From: Kurthia senegalensis
GTDB lineage: Bacteria > Bacteroidota > Bacteroidia > Bacteroidales > UBA932
Assembly: GCA_963620825.1 (NCBI GenBank)
Contig: CAVFAZ010000061.1
Location: 1-46,446 of the forward strand
Direction: 5' to 3'
Length of the DNA stretch: 46,446 bases
Within the stretch, counting starts at the first letter, position 1. Each line of letters starts with the position of its first letter. The notes below the pieces were generated by a model, which saw only the letters and a program-made list of their open reading frames with translations, had not been told where the DNA came from and did not search any database. A program made the position numbers and the translations under genes. Positions 1 through 10,714 of this stretch are shown piece after piece.

Positions 1-706
1 ACTCCTCGCCGCGGATGACCTCGCTGATCTCCATCAGATGGTCGTCCACGATGTTAGCCAGATGATAGGTCGGCAGCTCGTCGGCCCTCTTCCAGAGCAC
101 CTTGTCGTCGAGCGTGTCGGTGTTCACCTCAATGTGCCCGCGGATCAGGTCGTCCATCTTCACCACCGTATTCTCCGGCATCTTGAAACGGATCGTCCAG
201 CCGGTAGTCTCGGCGAGCAGGCGAGCAGTCTCGTCAGCGCTGAGCGTCAGAGAGTTGCGCAGCTGCAGGCGCGAGACGTGGTTGTAGATGAAAGTCTCGC
301 CCCGGCTTTCCGCGGAGGCCCTGACGGCCTCCAATTCCTCGGCGCTGTCGAAGGCATAGTACGCGTAGCCGCGTTCAATGAGCTGCTCTGCATATTTGCG
401 GTACAGCCCGCGTCTCTGGCTCTGACGGTACGGGGCGTGAGGGTGCTTCTCCGAAGGAACCTCCACCACCTTTCCGTTCTCATCGACTCCCTCGTCCGGG
501 ATGATGCCGCACCAGCGCAGAGCCTCTATGATATACTCTTCGGCTCCAGGTACAAAGCGGTGGGAATCAGTGTCTTCGATGCGGATAATAAAGTCGCCGT
601 TATGCTGCTTGGCATAAAGATAATTATAAAGCGCCGTGCGGACGCCTCCCATATGAAGGGGGCCGGTAGGGGACGGTGCGAATCTTACTCTTGTCTTGCG
701 TTCCAT
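1..706 (-). CDS. gltX: Glutamate--tRNA ligase, 5' portion (runs off the left edge of the window)
   Basis: Not in the ORF track. Manual translation from ATG at 706 gives [47 protein letters not shown], and the sequence near position 1 reads [22 protein letters not shown]. These are class I GluRS motifs (HIGH-like HMGG, RIEDTD). Confidence 0.96.
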   Translation of the reverse strand, partial: MERKTRVRFAPSPTGPLHMGGVRTALYNYLYAKQHNGDFIIRIEDTDSHRFVPGAEEYIIEALRWCGIIPDEGVDENGKVVEVPSEKHPHAPYRQSQRRGLYRKYAEQLIERGYAYYAFDSAEELEAVRASAESRGETFIYNHVSRLQLRNSLTLSADETARLLAETTGWTIRFKMPENTVVKMDDLIRGHIEVNTDTLDDKVLWKRADELPTYHLANIVDDHLMEISEVIRGEE

Positions 707-712
707 ATATTT

Positions 713-1978
713 TTACTTGTTTTTTTCCTGATGATAGCCGCGGCGGATGGCAGGGATACTTTCCAGCATACTTCTGTCCTCCCTGCTGCTCACGAGCAGG
801 GCAGGCTTGTCGTCCTCGCTGAAATTGAAGGTCCTGCGGTTCTCCTGAGTGTTGTAGCCGATGGTCTGTATCGAGCCCGTTTCCGGCAGGCTCACTCCCT
901 CCCCGTCATCGTGGCGGGTCCTGTCATAGACGAAATCGTCCGAAATGGTGATCAGGTTGCCCAGGTCCACGTTCGTAATCTTGTTCAGCTTGCTGTAATC
1001 GAAGCCCGTGGCGATGACAGTGATTTTTATGGTGTCGTCAGCGTTCGGATCCTCGTTCCAGATGATGCCGCGCTTGAAGATGGTGAACTTGCCCAGAGCC
1101 TCGCGGATCTGGTCCGTGAGCTCGTTGAGGCCGGTCATGCTGAGACCGTTTTCATTGTTCGCTATAGTGATGTTCAGCAGCACCTTGCGGGCCGTGTTGA
1201 TCACGAAGTCATTCAGAAGCGGGGACTTGATGGCCGCGTCGATGGCGTCCTTGATGCGGTTCTCGCCCCGACCGCTTCCGCAGCCCATCAGCGCGAGTCC
1301 GCTGTCCTTCATCACGGTTTTCACATCCTCGAAATCCACGTTCACATAACCGTGAGACTTGATGATCTCTATTATGCCCCTTACGGCCGTGGCCAGAATC
1401 TCATCCACTTTAGGGAAGGCATCCTGCACCAGAAGGTCTCCGAACTGCTGGTAGAGTTTGTCATTGTTAATGATCAGAAGGCTATCGACATTCTTCTTCA
1501 GCTCGTTTATGCCGTCAATCGCCCTTCCGAGGGCCTCCGCGCCCTCATTTTCGAATGGCAGGGTCACTACGGCCACAGTGAGGACACCGCGGTCGCGGGC
1601 CATCTTGGCGATCACCGGAGCGGCGCCGGTACCTGTACCGCCGCCCATTCCGGCGGTTATGAAGAGCATATCCGTATTGTGGTCGAAGAGTACGGAAGCG
1701 ATTTCATCCTGGGATTCCAGAGCCGCGTTGCGGCCCACAGTGGCATTGGTTCCGGCTCCGAGCCCGCGGCCCAGCTGGATTTTCGTAGGCACGCAGCATT
1801 CCTGCAGAGCCTGCGAATCGGTGTTGCAGGCCACGAACTTGCAGCCCTGCACGTTCTGCCGGAACATATAGTTCACGGCGTTGCAGCCGCCGCCACCCAC
1901 GCCGATGACGGATATTTCTGACTCTTTCGCGACCCAGTCGGTCGGCGGGTCCATAGTCACTACCTCAAAGTTATCCAT
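713..1978 (-). CDS. ftsZ: Cell division GTPase FtsZ
   Basis: GVGGGGCNAV, NTD, the GMGGGTGTG tubulin signature, NVDFEDV and a C-terminal PAIRR core. Start placed at MDNFEV (1978), just after the ftsA stop; the ORF track extends to 1999. Confidence 0.97.
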   Translation of the reverse strand: MDNFEVVTMDPPTDWVAKESEISVIGVGGGGCNAVNYMFRQNVQGCKFVACNTDSQALQECCVPTKIQLGRGLGAGTNATVGRNAALESQDEIASVLFDHNTDMLFITAGMGGGTGTGAAPVIAKMARDRGVLTVAVVTLPFENEGAEALGRAIDGINELKKNVDSLLIINNDKLYQQFGDLLVQDAFPKVDEILATAVRGIIEIIKSHGYVNVDFEDVKTVMKDSGLALMGCGSGRGENRIKDAIDAAIKSPLLNDFVINTARKVLLNITIANNENGLSMTGLNELTDQIREALGKFTIFKRGIIWNEDPNADDTIKITVIATGFDYSKLNKITNVDLGNLITISDDFVYDRTRHDDGEGVSLPETGSIQTIGYNTQENRRTFNFSEDDKPALLVSSREDRSMLESIPAIRRGYHQEKNK

Positions 1979-1982
1979 ATTG

Positions 1983-3506
1983 CTACTCATCCATTTCATT
2001 GTAAAGCCCCTCGATCACTCCGTCCATTCCGTTGGCGATTTTCGACACGAATTTGCCGAAGGCGTTTGTTCTCCAGGTGACGTGCGGTTTCGGTTTTCTG
2101 ACCTTTTCCTTCTTTTTCTTCTCTTCCGGACCGAACTCCGAAGGGTCTATAAGATGCTCAGGAACGGATTCCTGCGCGGTTTCCGCCTCAGGATTGGCCG
2201 CAGGGGCGGCCGTTCCGACGAGACCGTCCGCGGCCTGAGACTCTTCCATTGGACGCGAAGCGGCCGCAGGAGTCTCGCTCTCAGGCTCTTCCACTGCCGT
2301 GCGCGAACGTACGACCTTGTCGGAGAGACAGTTCATCAGCTCGTTCTCCTTCGCGGAGAGGATCATTCCGATCGATGCGGCGGCCGCAGGATCGCAGACC
2401 TCCGGGCAGCCGGAGTAGGAGAATCTGTGCAGAGGGTAGCCGATGCGGACGTTGTATCCGGAGAGCTCCTTGGCATAGGCGGCAAGGTTCGGGAGCATCG
2501 CTCCGCCGCCTGTCAGCACGATGCCGCTGCGCAGCTGGTCGGCATATCCGCTTTCCTGGATCTTGTAGAAGCACGCTTCCAGAATCTCCTTCATGCGGCA
2601 GGTTATGACCTCGGACAGATATTTGACGGACAGCTGTTTGCAGCTTCCGTCCTCCTTGTTCTCGATCTGGATTATCTTGTCGCGGAGCGAGAGGAGCTTT
2701 TCCGGCATACAGATGCCGTAAGCCAGCTTGATGTTCTCCGAGAGTCTGTCGGATGTGCCGCACTCGAGGCTGATGTCGCTGGTCACCGTCTTGCCTCCGA
2801 ACGGAATCGAGGAGTAATGGCAGAGGATTTTCTTCTGAAAAATGGTCACTGAAGTGACTCCGCCGCCTATTTCGATGAGCGCCACGCCGTTCTCCCTTTC
2901 CTCGGAAGTCAGCACGGCGTCGGCCGTAACCTCGGGAACGAAGTATTTGCCCGCGATGGCCTTGCCCGCGAGGTTCATCACCTTGTCCACGTTGTCGCAG
3001 GCTCTCTTCTTGCCGATGAAGACCTTGAAATTGCCGTCCAGGGTGGCGCTGACCATTCCCACGACGTCGCCTTCGCTGGCCATAATGTAATCGTCAGTCG
3101 AGAAGGACTGAGGCACGATGCCGTATATGAATTCGCGCTCCTTGTCCGTGAGCGGGTAGGTCTCCACCGCTTCATTCTTGAGGAAATCCACTTCCTCCTG
3201 GGTGATGGAACTGTCCTTGTCCGAGCGCTCCATACTTGCGCAGGCGCTTTCCTGCACTACCGAATAGCGCGGCAGACCGACCACGAGCTGGAGAATCTTG
3301 ATTTTCAGCTCCTCTTCTGCGCTCGCCAGCGCACTCTTCACGCATACCGCAGCCTTCGCGGGGTTGAAAACCTCGCTGTTGCGCACGCCCTCGGAAGGCA
3401 TCTCCCGGTAATATACGATCTGGGTGTTGCTGCCGTCGATCTCGGCTACGCTTACCGCGATCTTCGATGATCCCAGATCAATCGATGCTATATATCTCTC
3501 GTCCAT
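1983..3506 (-). CDS. ftsA: Cell division protein FtsA
   Basis: IDLGSSKI, IEIGGGVT and GIVLTGGGA actin-fold motifs; lies between ftsQ and ftsZ. Start placed at MDERY. Confidence 0.95.
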   Translation of the reverse strand: MDERYIASIDLGSSKIAVSVAEIDGSNTQIVYYREMPSEGVRNSEVFNPAKAAVCVKSALASAEEELKIKILQLVVGLPRYSVVQESACASMERSDKDSSITQEEVDFLKNEAVETYPLTDKEREFIYGIVPQSFSTDDYIMASEGDVVGMVSATLDGNFKVFIGKKRACDNVDKVMNLAGKAIAGKYFVPEVTADAVLTSEERENGVALIEIGGGVTSVTIFQKKILCHYSSIPFGGKTVTSDISLECGTSDRLSENIKLAYGICMPEKLLSLRDKIIQIENKEDGSCKQLSVKYLSEVITCRMKEILEACFYKIQESGYADQLRSGIVLTGGGAMLPNLAAYAKELSGYNVRIGYPLHRFSYSGCPEVCDPAAAASIGMILSAKENELMNCLSDKVVRSRTAVEEPESETPAAASRPMEESQAADGLVGTAAPAANPEAETAQESVPEHLIDPSEFGPEEKKKKEKVRKPKPHVTWRTNAFGKFVSKIANGMDGVIEGLYNEMDE

Positions 3507-3542
3507 AATCACTTAAAAGCCCACAAGTTAGGAAAATTTTTC

Positions 3543-4280
3543 CTACTTGCATATTATCTGTCCTTCATATTTCAGGTTTACTTCACTGTACTTCTTTCCG
3601 CCCGGCCTGATGTAGCGGTAGTAGTCCTCCATCCTGGAGAATTTCTCCTTCACCCCGCGCGGCTGCCCGAAGATGAACCTCTCGTCGCCCTCGCGCGGAA
3701 TCAGAATCAGGTCTCCGCTTTCGTCCACGTGCATCTGCACTATCCTGTCCGCCCAGCCGCCGTCCATATAGTCGAGCATACTCACAACGTCCCGCATCCA
3801 TTCGCCGCGCTGCTCTTCATTCTGCCCCACCGGAGCCTGACCGTCGATAATCGGCACATTCGCGCTGTAGGAATCCTTCAGCGGGAAATACACCCCGTTG
3901 CGATCGACATAGAAGCCGTCGTCCCCGTTCTGGAAGCGTGCAACAGGCTCCCGCTGCGTGACCCTCACGTTCAGAAAGCCGTCGTCGGTAGTCCAGACTT
4001 CACTTCTCAGAATAGAGCTCTGCTTGTTCAGAACATTCTCTATCTTAAAGAGTTGCAGGCTGTCGAGCCGCTGTCCGATGTACGTTTCGCAACGCTTGTC
4101 CAGTACGCTCTTGACCTCCTCCTCGCTCAGAAAGCGCGGCCCCGGCGCGAACGACACCCTCACGCCCTCGCAGGTGCGCAGTCTGCGATCGACCGCGGCG
4201 AGCGAAGTGGTCGCAATCATGGCCGCGAGCAGCGCGGCCAATGCGAACAGCGAAACGATATGTCTCCGGCACAGTTTCAT
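3543..4280 (-). CDS. ftsQ: Cell division protein FtsQ/DivIB (Bacteroidota type)
   Basis: N-terminal TM helix, VRVTQREPVAR POTRA/beta junction, C-terminal YSEVNLKYEGQIICK; lies between murC and ftsA. Confidence 0.88.
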   Translation of the reverse strand: MKLCRRHIVSLFALAALLAAMIATTSLAAVDRRLRTCEGVRVSFAPGPRFLSEEEVKSVLDKRCETYIGQRLDSLQLFKIENVLNKQSSILRSEVWTTDDGFLNVRVTQREPVARFQNGDDGFYVDRNGVYFPLKDSYSANVPIIDGQAPVGQNEEQRGEWMRDVVSMLDYMDGGWADRIVQMHVDESGDLILIPREGDERFIFGQPRGVKEKFSRMEDYYRYIRPGGKKYSEVNLKYEGQIICK

Positions 4281-5626
4281 CGCGTCTCGAGCATTTCGGT
4301 TATAGGACCGACAAGCCGGTCAATATTGCCCGCACCGAAGGTGACGAGTACGTCCAGATTCTCACTCCTGAGGGCTTCCAGCACATCTTCCTTATGCATC
4401 ATAACTTTCTCCGGGGCGGTCACGTCCTTGAAAATCAGTTCGGAAGTGACCCCGGGAATCGGCTCCTCGCGGGCCGGATAGATGTCCAGAATTATCAGTT
4501 TATCGACTGCGCTCAGAGCCTGTGCGAACTGCTTTGCGAAATCCCTTGTGCGGGAGTAAAGATGCGGCTGGAAAACCGCCGTAATCTTTCTGCCCGGGAA
4601 TATGCCGCGAAGCGAAGCGATGGCGGTCGCAAGCTCCTGTGGATGATGGGCATAGTCGTCTATGTAAGTCAGGCCCGGACGGTTCACGTGCACGTCCATC
4701 CTGCGCTGAACCCCCTGGAAGCTGGCTATGCCGCTGCGTATGGCTTCAATGCGTACTCCGTGACAGAGACAGACGGCGGCCGCAGCCACGCTGTTCTCCA
4801 CATTCACGCGGCCCAGAGCCCCGGCCTTGAGGCCGTCAATGCGGCCCTGGGGATAAACCAGGTCGAAGGTGTAGTGACCGAGGTCTCCCAGAGTGATATT
4901 CTCAGCGTGGAAGTCCGCGCGCGGGTCATCCACGTGATAGGTATAGATTTTCGCCTTTGTATCTTTCTGGCTTATCGGGAGTCCGAGTTTCATTACGAGG
5001 GTGCCGCTCACCTGCGAGGCGAATTGGCGGAAGGCCTCCTGCACGTGCTCCAGGTCTCCGTAGATGTCCAGATGGTCGGCATCCATAGCGGTGATGGCTG
5101 CGACGGCGGGATGCAGCTGCAGGAAGGAACGGTCATACTCATCGGCCTCCACCACCACGGTAGGGCGGTGGCTGACCAGCATATTCGTGCCGTAATTCTT
5201 TGAGATTCCACCGAGGAAAGCCGAGCATCCTTCGCCGCTTTCGGTCACGATATGTGCCGTCAGCGTACTTGTGGTGGTCTTGCCGTGGGTTCCGGCCACT
5301 GCGAGACAGGTCTGCCCCCGGGTGATTTCGCCCAGAATCTGTGAGCGTTTCAGCACGCTGTAGCCGTGCTCCTTCACGTATTTGAGCTCCCCGAGATTTT
5401 CGGGAATGGCCGGGGTGTAAACCACCAGGGTATTCTCTATGTCCTTCGGGATACAATTCACATCGTCCTCATAGTGGACTGCTATGCCTTCCTTCTCCAG
5501 CGAGGCGGTCAGGTCGGACGGAGTCTTGTCATACCCGGATACCGTAAGTCCCTTGAACTTCCAGTACCTTGCGATGGCGCTCATTCCGATGCCGCCGATT
5601 CCTATGAAATAAATGTTCCTATACAT
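4277..5626 (-). CDS. murC: UDP-N-acetylmuramate--L-alanine ligase
   Basis: GIGGIGMSA, GTHGKTTT, EADEYD, DDYAHHP and FQPHLYSRT motifs. Confidence 0.97.
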   Translation of the reverse strand: MYRNIYFIGIGGIGMSAIARYWKFKGLTVSGYDKTPSDLTASLEKEGIAVHYEDDVNCIPKDIENTLVVYTPAIPENLGELKYVKEHGYSVLKRSQILGEITRGQTCLAVAGTHGKTTTSTLTAHIVTESGEGCSAFLGGISKNYGTNMLVSHRPTVVVEADEYDRSFLQLHPAVAAITAMDADHLDIYGDLEHVQEAFRQFASQVSGTLVMKLGLPISQKDTKAKIYTYHVDDPRADFHAENITLGDLGHYTFDLVYPQGRIDGLKAGALGRVNVENSVAAAAVCLCHGVRIEAIRSGIASFQGVQRRMDVHVNRPGLTYIDDYAHHPQELATAIASLRGIFPGRKITAVFQPHLYSRTRDFAKQFAQALSAVDKLIILDIYPAREEPIPGVTSELIFKDVTAPEKVMMHKEDVLEALRSENLDVLVTFGAGNIDRLVGPITEMLETR

Positions 5627-6761
5627 TGCTGTCCAATATTTTATATACCTCTTCCGCTATGCTCAGAGCTGCCTGAGGCAGCGCGAGCGAAGCGGCGTTT
5701 CGTTCCATTTCAGATATCTTTTCCGGCTCGTGCACCAGTTCGAGCGCTGTCTGCATCAGCTTCTCTCCCGCCTCGGCATCCTTTACCAGAACCGCGGCTC
5801 CGCGTCTTACCAGAGCCATAGCGTTATGCGTCTGATGGTCTTCGGCCACATTCGGGGACGGCACGAGGACACTCGCCTTATGTGCCGCGCAAAGCTCGGA
5901 AATGGAGCTTGCCCCGGAACGGGAAATGACCAGGTCGGATGTCGCGTAGGCGAGCCCCATCTTGCGGATAAAGTCCGAATAATGAATGAATTCCAGGTCC
6001 TTGTGCTGAGCCATGAACTCATCCACGCCCTTTTTGTAGTATGATCCGCATTGCCAGAGGATTTCCACGCCTTCGGCTCCGGGACATCCTTCGCTTATCC
6101 ACTTTTTCATCGCCTCGTTCAGCGTGCGGCTGCCCAGGCTCCCGCCCACGATGAGGATATGGCGATTGGCTGCCTGCAGCCCATAATAGGACAGGCCCTC
6201 GGCTTTCATCTCGGCGGTCGCAGGGACAATCTCGCTGCGTATCGGATTGCCCGTGAGCACGATACGGTCCTCCGGGAAGAACTTGGACATTCCCCCGTAG
6301 GCCACGCAGATGCGTTTTACGCGGCGTCCGAGCAGGCGGTTCGTCAGCCCCGCGAAGCCGTTCTGCTCCTGAATCAGGGCAGGGACGCCCTTGCGCGTGG
6401 CTTTCCAGAGCAGGGGAGCGCTCGCGTATCCGCCCACTCCTATCGCGATGTCGGGCTTGAACTCATCGATGAGGTGTCCTGCCTTGCGAAGGCTCGAAAG
6501 GATTCTGAACGGCAGCTTGAGATTTTCCTTTATGTTATGAAGGTTCAGCTGTCTCTGCAGACCCGCGATAGGCAGACCCACTATCTTGTAGCCGGCTGCA
6601 GGGACCTTCTCCATCTCCATTCTGCCTTCCGCTCCCACGAAAAGGATCTCGGTGTCAGGATTCAGCTCCTTCAGCTTGCCGGCGATGGAAACGGCCGGGA
6701 ATATGTGTCCTCCTGTGCCGCCGCCGCTTATGATAACTCTCAATGCTCTGTATTCTCCCAT
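5619..6761 (-). CDS. murG: Undecaprenyl-PP-MurNAc-pentapeptide GlcNAc transferase
   Basis: GGGTGGHIFPA, GGYAS, EQN, GNPIR, GGSLG and RSGA motifs. Confidence 0.97.
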   Translation of the reverse strand: MGEYRALRVIISGGGTGGHIFPAVSIAGKLKELNPDTEILFVGAEGRMEMEKVPAAGYKIVGLPIAGLQRQLNLHNIKENLKLPFRILSSLRKAGHLIDEFKPDIAIGVGGYASAPLLWKATRKGVPALIQEQNGFAGLTNRLLGRRVKRICVAYGGMSKFFPEDRIVLTGNPIRSEIVPATAEMKAEGLSYYGLQAANRHILIVGGSLGSRTLNEAMKKWISEGCPGAEGVEILWQCGSYYKKGVDEFMAQHKDLEFIHYSDFIRKMGLAYATSDLVISRSGASSISELCAAHKASVLVPSPNVAEDHQTHNAMALVRRGAAVLVKDAEAGEKLMQTALELVHEPEKISEMERNAASLALPQAALSIAEEVYKILDSNV

Positions 6762-6766
6762 AGTTT

Positions 6767-8188
6767 TCAGTAATTTTCCATTATTTCGTCTTCCGCCGCG
6801 TCCAGATCGTCCAGTCTGCTTTCCATTTCAGGTTTGGCGCTGGATATAGGCTCAGCGTTACGTATCTCGGCGTCTATTCTCTTCTTCGCCATACGGCTGA
6901 TGGAGAGCAGGATGCCGAACGCGATGCTGAAGGCCACGAACGAAGTCGCTCCGTGGCTGATCATCGGCAGCGTCTGTCCCGTCTGAGGCAGCAGCTGCGC
7001 GTTCACCATTATGTGCATCATCGCCTGACCGCTGATGAGAAGCACCAGTCCGGAGACGAGAATCTGCGCGAAACGGTCGTTGCAGCTTCGTACAATGATG
7101 CTTCCGCGCGCCAGGAGGCTCAGATACAGCACCAGCACGACGATTCCGCCGAACAGCCCGTACTCCTCCAGGATGAAGCTGTACATATAGTCCTCGTACA
7201 TCACAGGCACCACGTAGCGCTGGGTGCTCTGCCCCGGGCCCTTCCCGAAGAGCCCGCCTTCGTGTATTGCAATCTTGGCGCTGTACGGCTGCCTGAAGGC
7301 ATCCAATGCGTCATAGTATTCCGCGCTTCCTTTCGGGGCGTTCATAAATCTTTCCACGTCGGCATCCGACCCCTTTATTCGCGAGGCCCAGGTCCCGGCC
7401 CTGTCGAAAACTTTTGATATTCCGGATCCGTCCCCGTCGCTCTCTTTCGGGCTCAGCGCACCGGCGAGAAGCAGCACACCGCCTCCCAGGAGTCCCAGGC
7501 ACAGGCAGCAAAGAATTATGTTTTTGACCTTGCCGTGCCACAGTCCGCTGACCAGCATCGTGGCGAAGAGCACTATCCCGATGAAGGCCCCTCCGGAGCC
7601 GCTGCTCTTCATAATGCAGAGCATCACGATAAGGGACGGCAGATAAATGAAAAGAATCCTCTTGGCAAGCGGCTTTGCGAGCCATCCCAGACGCTTCACT
7701 TCCGAGAGCTTGTCCGTAAGCTTGAATCCCTTGCTCAGGTAAGTGTCGATGGCCCAGGCTATATACAGCACCATCCCCACCTTTATGAGTTCGAAAACGT
7801 GGACCTGAAGCCCGTTGACCTTGATGACTCGCCAGGCGTTGTTTATTTGGCCGGCCTGGATGAAATCACCGATGTGCATATGTCCCATCAGGAAGATGAG
7901 GGCCGCCAGGGAAAGCGGGAAGCACCACGGGGCGAAACCTTTGTAATACTTGATGTTTCTGATGACCAGATAGAAGAGCAGTATGAAAAACAGACCGATA
8001 CCTATGACTACAACCTGGTCCAGGATGATGTCGGTCCGGCTCAGCTTTTCGCTGGTCATCATCGCCGTGGATGAGAAGATGCACACCACCGAGAACAGTA
8101 TGAGAAGGAGCACGATCATCCAGACGACCTTGTCTCCCGCAAGATTGTCGATGAAATTCCAGAGTGCGCTCTTCCTGCTTTTCGCCAT
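6767..8188 (-). CDS. ftsW: SEDS peptidoglycan glycosyltransferase FtsW
   Basis: Multi-TM protein with GGLFGKGPGQS, EEYG and PQTGQTLPMISHG motifs; position in the dcw cluster. Confidence 0.93.
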   Translation of the reverse strand: MAKSRKSALWNFIDNLAGDKVVWMIVLLLILFSVVCIFSSTAMMTSEKLSRTDIILDQVVVIGIGLFFILLFYLVIRNIKYYKGFAPWCFPLSLAALIFLMGHMHIGDFIQAGQINNAWRVIKVNGLQVHVFELIKVGMVLYIAWAIDTYLSKGFKLTDKLSEVKRLGWLAKPLAKRILFIYLPSLIVMLCIMKSSGSGGAFIGIVLFATMLVSGLWHGKVKNIILCCLCLGLLGGGVLLLAGALSPKESDGDGSGISKVFDRAGTWASRIKGSDADVERFMNAPKGSAEYYDALDAFRQPYSAKIAIHEGGLFGKGPGQSTQRYVVPVMYEDYMYSFILEEYGLFGGIVVLVLYLSLLARGSIIVRSCNDRFAQILVSGLVLLISGQAMMHIMVNAQLLPQTGQTLPMISHGATSFVAFSIAFGILLSISRMAKKRIDAEIRNAEPISSAKPEMESRLDDLDAAEDEIMENY

Positions 8189-8194
8189 AATCCG

Positions 8195-9538
8195 TTACAG
8201 AGCCCTTACGGCCGCCTTGAATTTTTCTCCGCGATCTTCATAGCAGGTGAACAGGTCGAAACTTGCGCAGCAAGGGCTGAGCAGCACGACATCCCCGGAT
8301 GCGGCCCTGCGGCTGCACTCCTTCACGGCCTCTTCAGCCGAGCGGGTGTCCACCATATTTTCGCTTCCCACGATGCCCTCGAAGGCTTCGTGTATCTTTC
8401 TGTTATCGACTCCCAGGCATACGATGGCCTTCACCTTTTCCTTTACGAGCGGGGCGAGCACGCTGTAGTCATTGCCCTTGTCGGTTCCGCCCACAATCCA
8501 CACTACCGGGCGCTTCTGGCACTCGAGGGCATACCAGGCGGCATCCACATTGGTCGCCTTCGAATCATTCACGTAAAGGACTCCTCCCACGCTGAGCACC
8601 GGCTCAAGCCTGTGCTCGATGGCCTGGAAGCTGTGCAGGGCGGCACGGATGGTCTCGTCGTCGATATCCATCGCCTTGGCCGCAAGAGCGGCCGCCATAG
8701 AATTGTATATGTTGTGCTTGCCGCCGAGAGCGAGCTCGTCGAGGTAGATTTCGCTCTCGCTCTTCTCGTACTTGAGCACGATCTTGTCGTCCTTTACATA
8801 CGCGCCCTGCTCGAGGTCCTCCTTCTGCTGCGAGAACGGGAGCATCTTGCACTGGAGCACGATCTGGCTGAGCTGCGCGATGGTGATGGCGTCGTCGGAA
8901 TCGAAGATGAAGCAGTCCTCCGGACGAAGGTTTCTGGTGATGCGGAACTTGGCCTTCACGTAATTCTCCATCTTGTGGTCGTAGCGGTCCAGATGATCGG
9001 GCGTGATGTTCGTGATGATGGCTATATCCGGGTGGAAATCATAAACGTTGTCCAGCTGGAAGCTGCTGATTTCCAGGACGTAATAGTCGAAATGCTCGGT
9101 CGCTACCTGGTAGGCGTAGCTCTTGCCGATATTGCCGCCGAGACCCACGTTGAGGCCCGCCTGCTGAAGCAGATAGTAGATGAGCGAGGTTGTGGTCGTC
9201 TTGCCGTTGCTGCCGGTGATGCAGATCTTGCGGGCCTTGTCGTAGCGACCCGCGAACTCGATTTCGGAGATGATCGGCGTGCCCTGCGCCTCGAGAGCGC
9301 GGACCATCGGAGCCGTGGACGGGATGCCCGGGCTCTTCACCACTTCGTCGGCGCTGAGAATCAGATCTTCAGTGTGCTGACCCTGCTCGAAAGGAATGTC
9401 CCATTTGCGGAGCATTTCCGCATACTCGTCCCCGATTTTCCCCCTGTCGGAAAGAAAAACGTCGAATCCCTTTGACTTTGCCAATACGGCGGCGCCAGTT
9501 CCGCTTTCGCCGCCACCCAAAACTACAAGCCTACTCAT
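8195..9538 (-). CDS. murD: UDP-MurNAc-L-Ala--D-glutamate ligase
   Basis: VKSPGIP, GSNGKTTT, EISSFQL, DHLDRY, NDSKATN and LLSPCCASFD motifs. Confidence 0.97.
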   Translation of the reverse strand: MSRLVVLGGGESGTGAAVLAKSKGFDVFLSDRGKIGDEYAEMLRKWDIPFEQGQHTEDLILSADEVVKSPGIPSTAPMVRALEAQGTPIISEIEFAGRYDKARKICITGSNGKTTTTSLIYYLLQQAGLNVGLGGNIGKSYAYQVATEHFDYYVLEISSFQLDNVYDFHPDIAIITNITPDHLDRYDHKMENYVKAKFRITRNLRPEDCFIFDSDDAITIAQLSQIVLQCKMLPFSQQKEDLEQGAYVKDDKIVLKYEKSESEIYLDELALGGKHNIYNSMAAALAAKAMDIDDETIRAALHSFQAIEHRLEPVLSVGGVLYVNDSKATNVDAAWYALECQKRPVVWIVGGTDKGNDYSVLAPLVKEKVKAIVCLGVDNRKIHEAFEGIVGSENMVDTRSAEEAVKECSRRAASGDVVLLSPCCASFDLFTCYEDRGEKFKAAVRAL

Positions 9539-9550
9539 ATATATTCAAGT

Positions 9551-10708
9551 TTATCTTATCTTTAACATTGCCAGTGTGGCCACGGCCAGAAGCAGGCCCA
9601 CGATGAAGAATCGTGTCACGATTCTAGGCTCAGGGATGCCCTTCTTCTGGTAATGGTGATGAAGAGGCGCCATCAGGAACACCCTGCGTCCCTCCCCGTA
9701 TTTCTTCTTGGTATGCTTGAACCAGCCGCGCTGGATGATTACCGAAAGCGATTCCATAAGGAAGATGCCGCACAGCACCGGCAGCAGCAGCTCCTTGTGT
9801 ATCAGCACCGCGCTCACTCCGATGATGCCTCCGATGGTCAGGCTTCCCGTGTCGCCCATAAATACCTGCGCCGGGAAGGTATTATACCAGAGGAAGCCGA
9901 GCAGCGCTCCGGTGAATGCCGCCATATACACGGCGACTTCTCCCGTGCCCGGGATATACATAATGTTCAGATACTCGGAATCCAGCACATTGCTGCTCAG
10001 CCAGGCCATAACTCCGAGCGCAATCACCGCCACCGCCGAAGTGCCCGTTGCGAGCCCGTCCATACCGTCAGTGAGGTTAGCACCGTTCGAGCACGCGAGT
10101 ATGATGAAGATGATGACCAGCATATAGATGCCCCAGGTGCAGTAAACGCCCAGCTGTCCGCTGAAAGGCGAGAGCCAGGAATAGTCGAACTCGTGCGTCT
10201 TGACGAACGGAATGGTGGTCACGAGCTGGGTGGAGTGAATGTCCGCGCTCAGGCAGACGCTGAGGGCGATGATGAGGCCCAGTATGAACTGCAGCAGAAG
10301 CTTTCCCTTCGCGCTGAGCCCGTCCTTGTTGTGCTTGAAAACCTTGATGTAGTCGTCCGTGAAGCCGATCGCTCCGCACCAGACGGTGGTGAGCAGCAGA
10401 AGCAGCGTATAGATGCTGTCCAGACGGCACACGAGCAGCGCCGAGCCGAGCAGCGCGATGATGATGATGATGCCTCCCATCGTCGGAGTGCCCTTCTTCT
10501 GCATCTGTCCCTCGAGTCCCAGGTCGCGGATGCTCTCTCCGATCTGTCTGCGCTGCAGCCAGGCGATGATTTTCTTTCCCGCGAAGAAAGCTATGAGCAT
10601 ACTTATGACAGCGGCGAGCATAGCCCTGAACGACAGATAGTGCATCAGACCCGCTCCCGGGAAATCGTATCCCAGCTTTGTCAACCAGTCTATAAGGTGA
10701 TATAACAT
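9551..10708 (-). CDS. mraY: Phospho-MurNAc-pentapeptide transferase
   Basis: KKGTPTMGG, DDY, NLTDGMDGL, FMGDTGS and APLHHHY motifs. Confidence 0.97.
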   Translation of the reverse strand: MLYHLIDWLTKLGYDFPGAGLMHYLSFRAMLAAVISMLIAFFAGKKIIAWLQRRQIGESIRDLGLEGQMQKKGTPTMGGIIIIIALLGSALLVCRLDSIYTLLLLLTTVWCGAIGFTDDYIKVFKHNKDGLSAKGKLLLQFILGLIIALSVCLSADIHSTQLVTTIPFVKTHEFDYSWLSPFSGQLGVYCTWGIYMLVIIFIILACSNGANLTDGMDGLATGTSAVAVIALGVMAWLSSNVLDSEYLNIMYIPGTGEVAVYMAAFTGALLGFLWYNTFPAQVFMGDTGSLTIGGIIGVSAVLIHKELLLPVLCGIFLMESLSVIIQRGWFKHTKKKYGEGRRVFLMAPLHHHYQKKGIPEPRIVTRFFIVGLLLAVATLAMLKIR

Positions 10709-10714
10709 ACTCTC

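Noticed and set aside
38..1921. Long plus-strand ORF (627 aa) and the many other long antisense ORFs (e.g. 16670-18193, 22120-23499, 26259-27440, 41205-42986)
   Set aside because: They lie antisense to well-supported housekeeping genes, have no recognisable motifs, and are the expected shadow ORFs of GC-rich codon usage.
1983..2330. Long Ala/Pro/Glu-rich FtsA tail
   Set aside because: A variable linker before the C-terminal amphipathic helix is normal for Bacteroidota FtsA.
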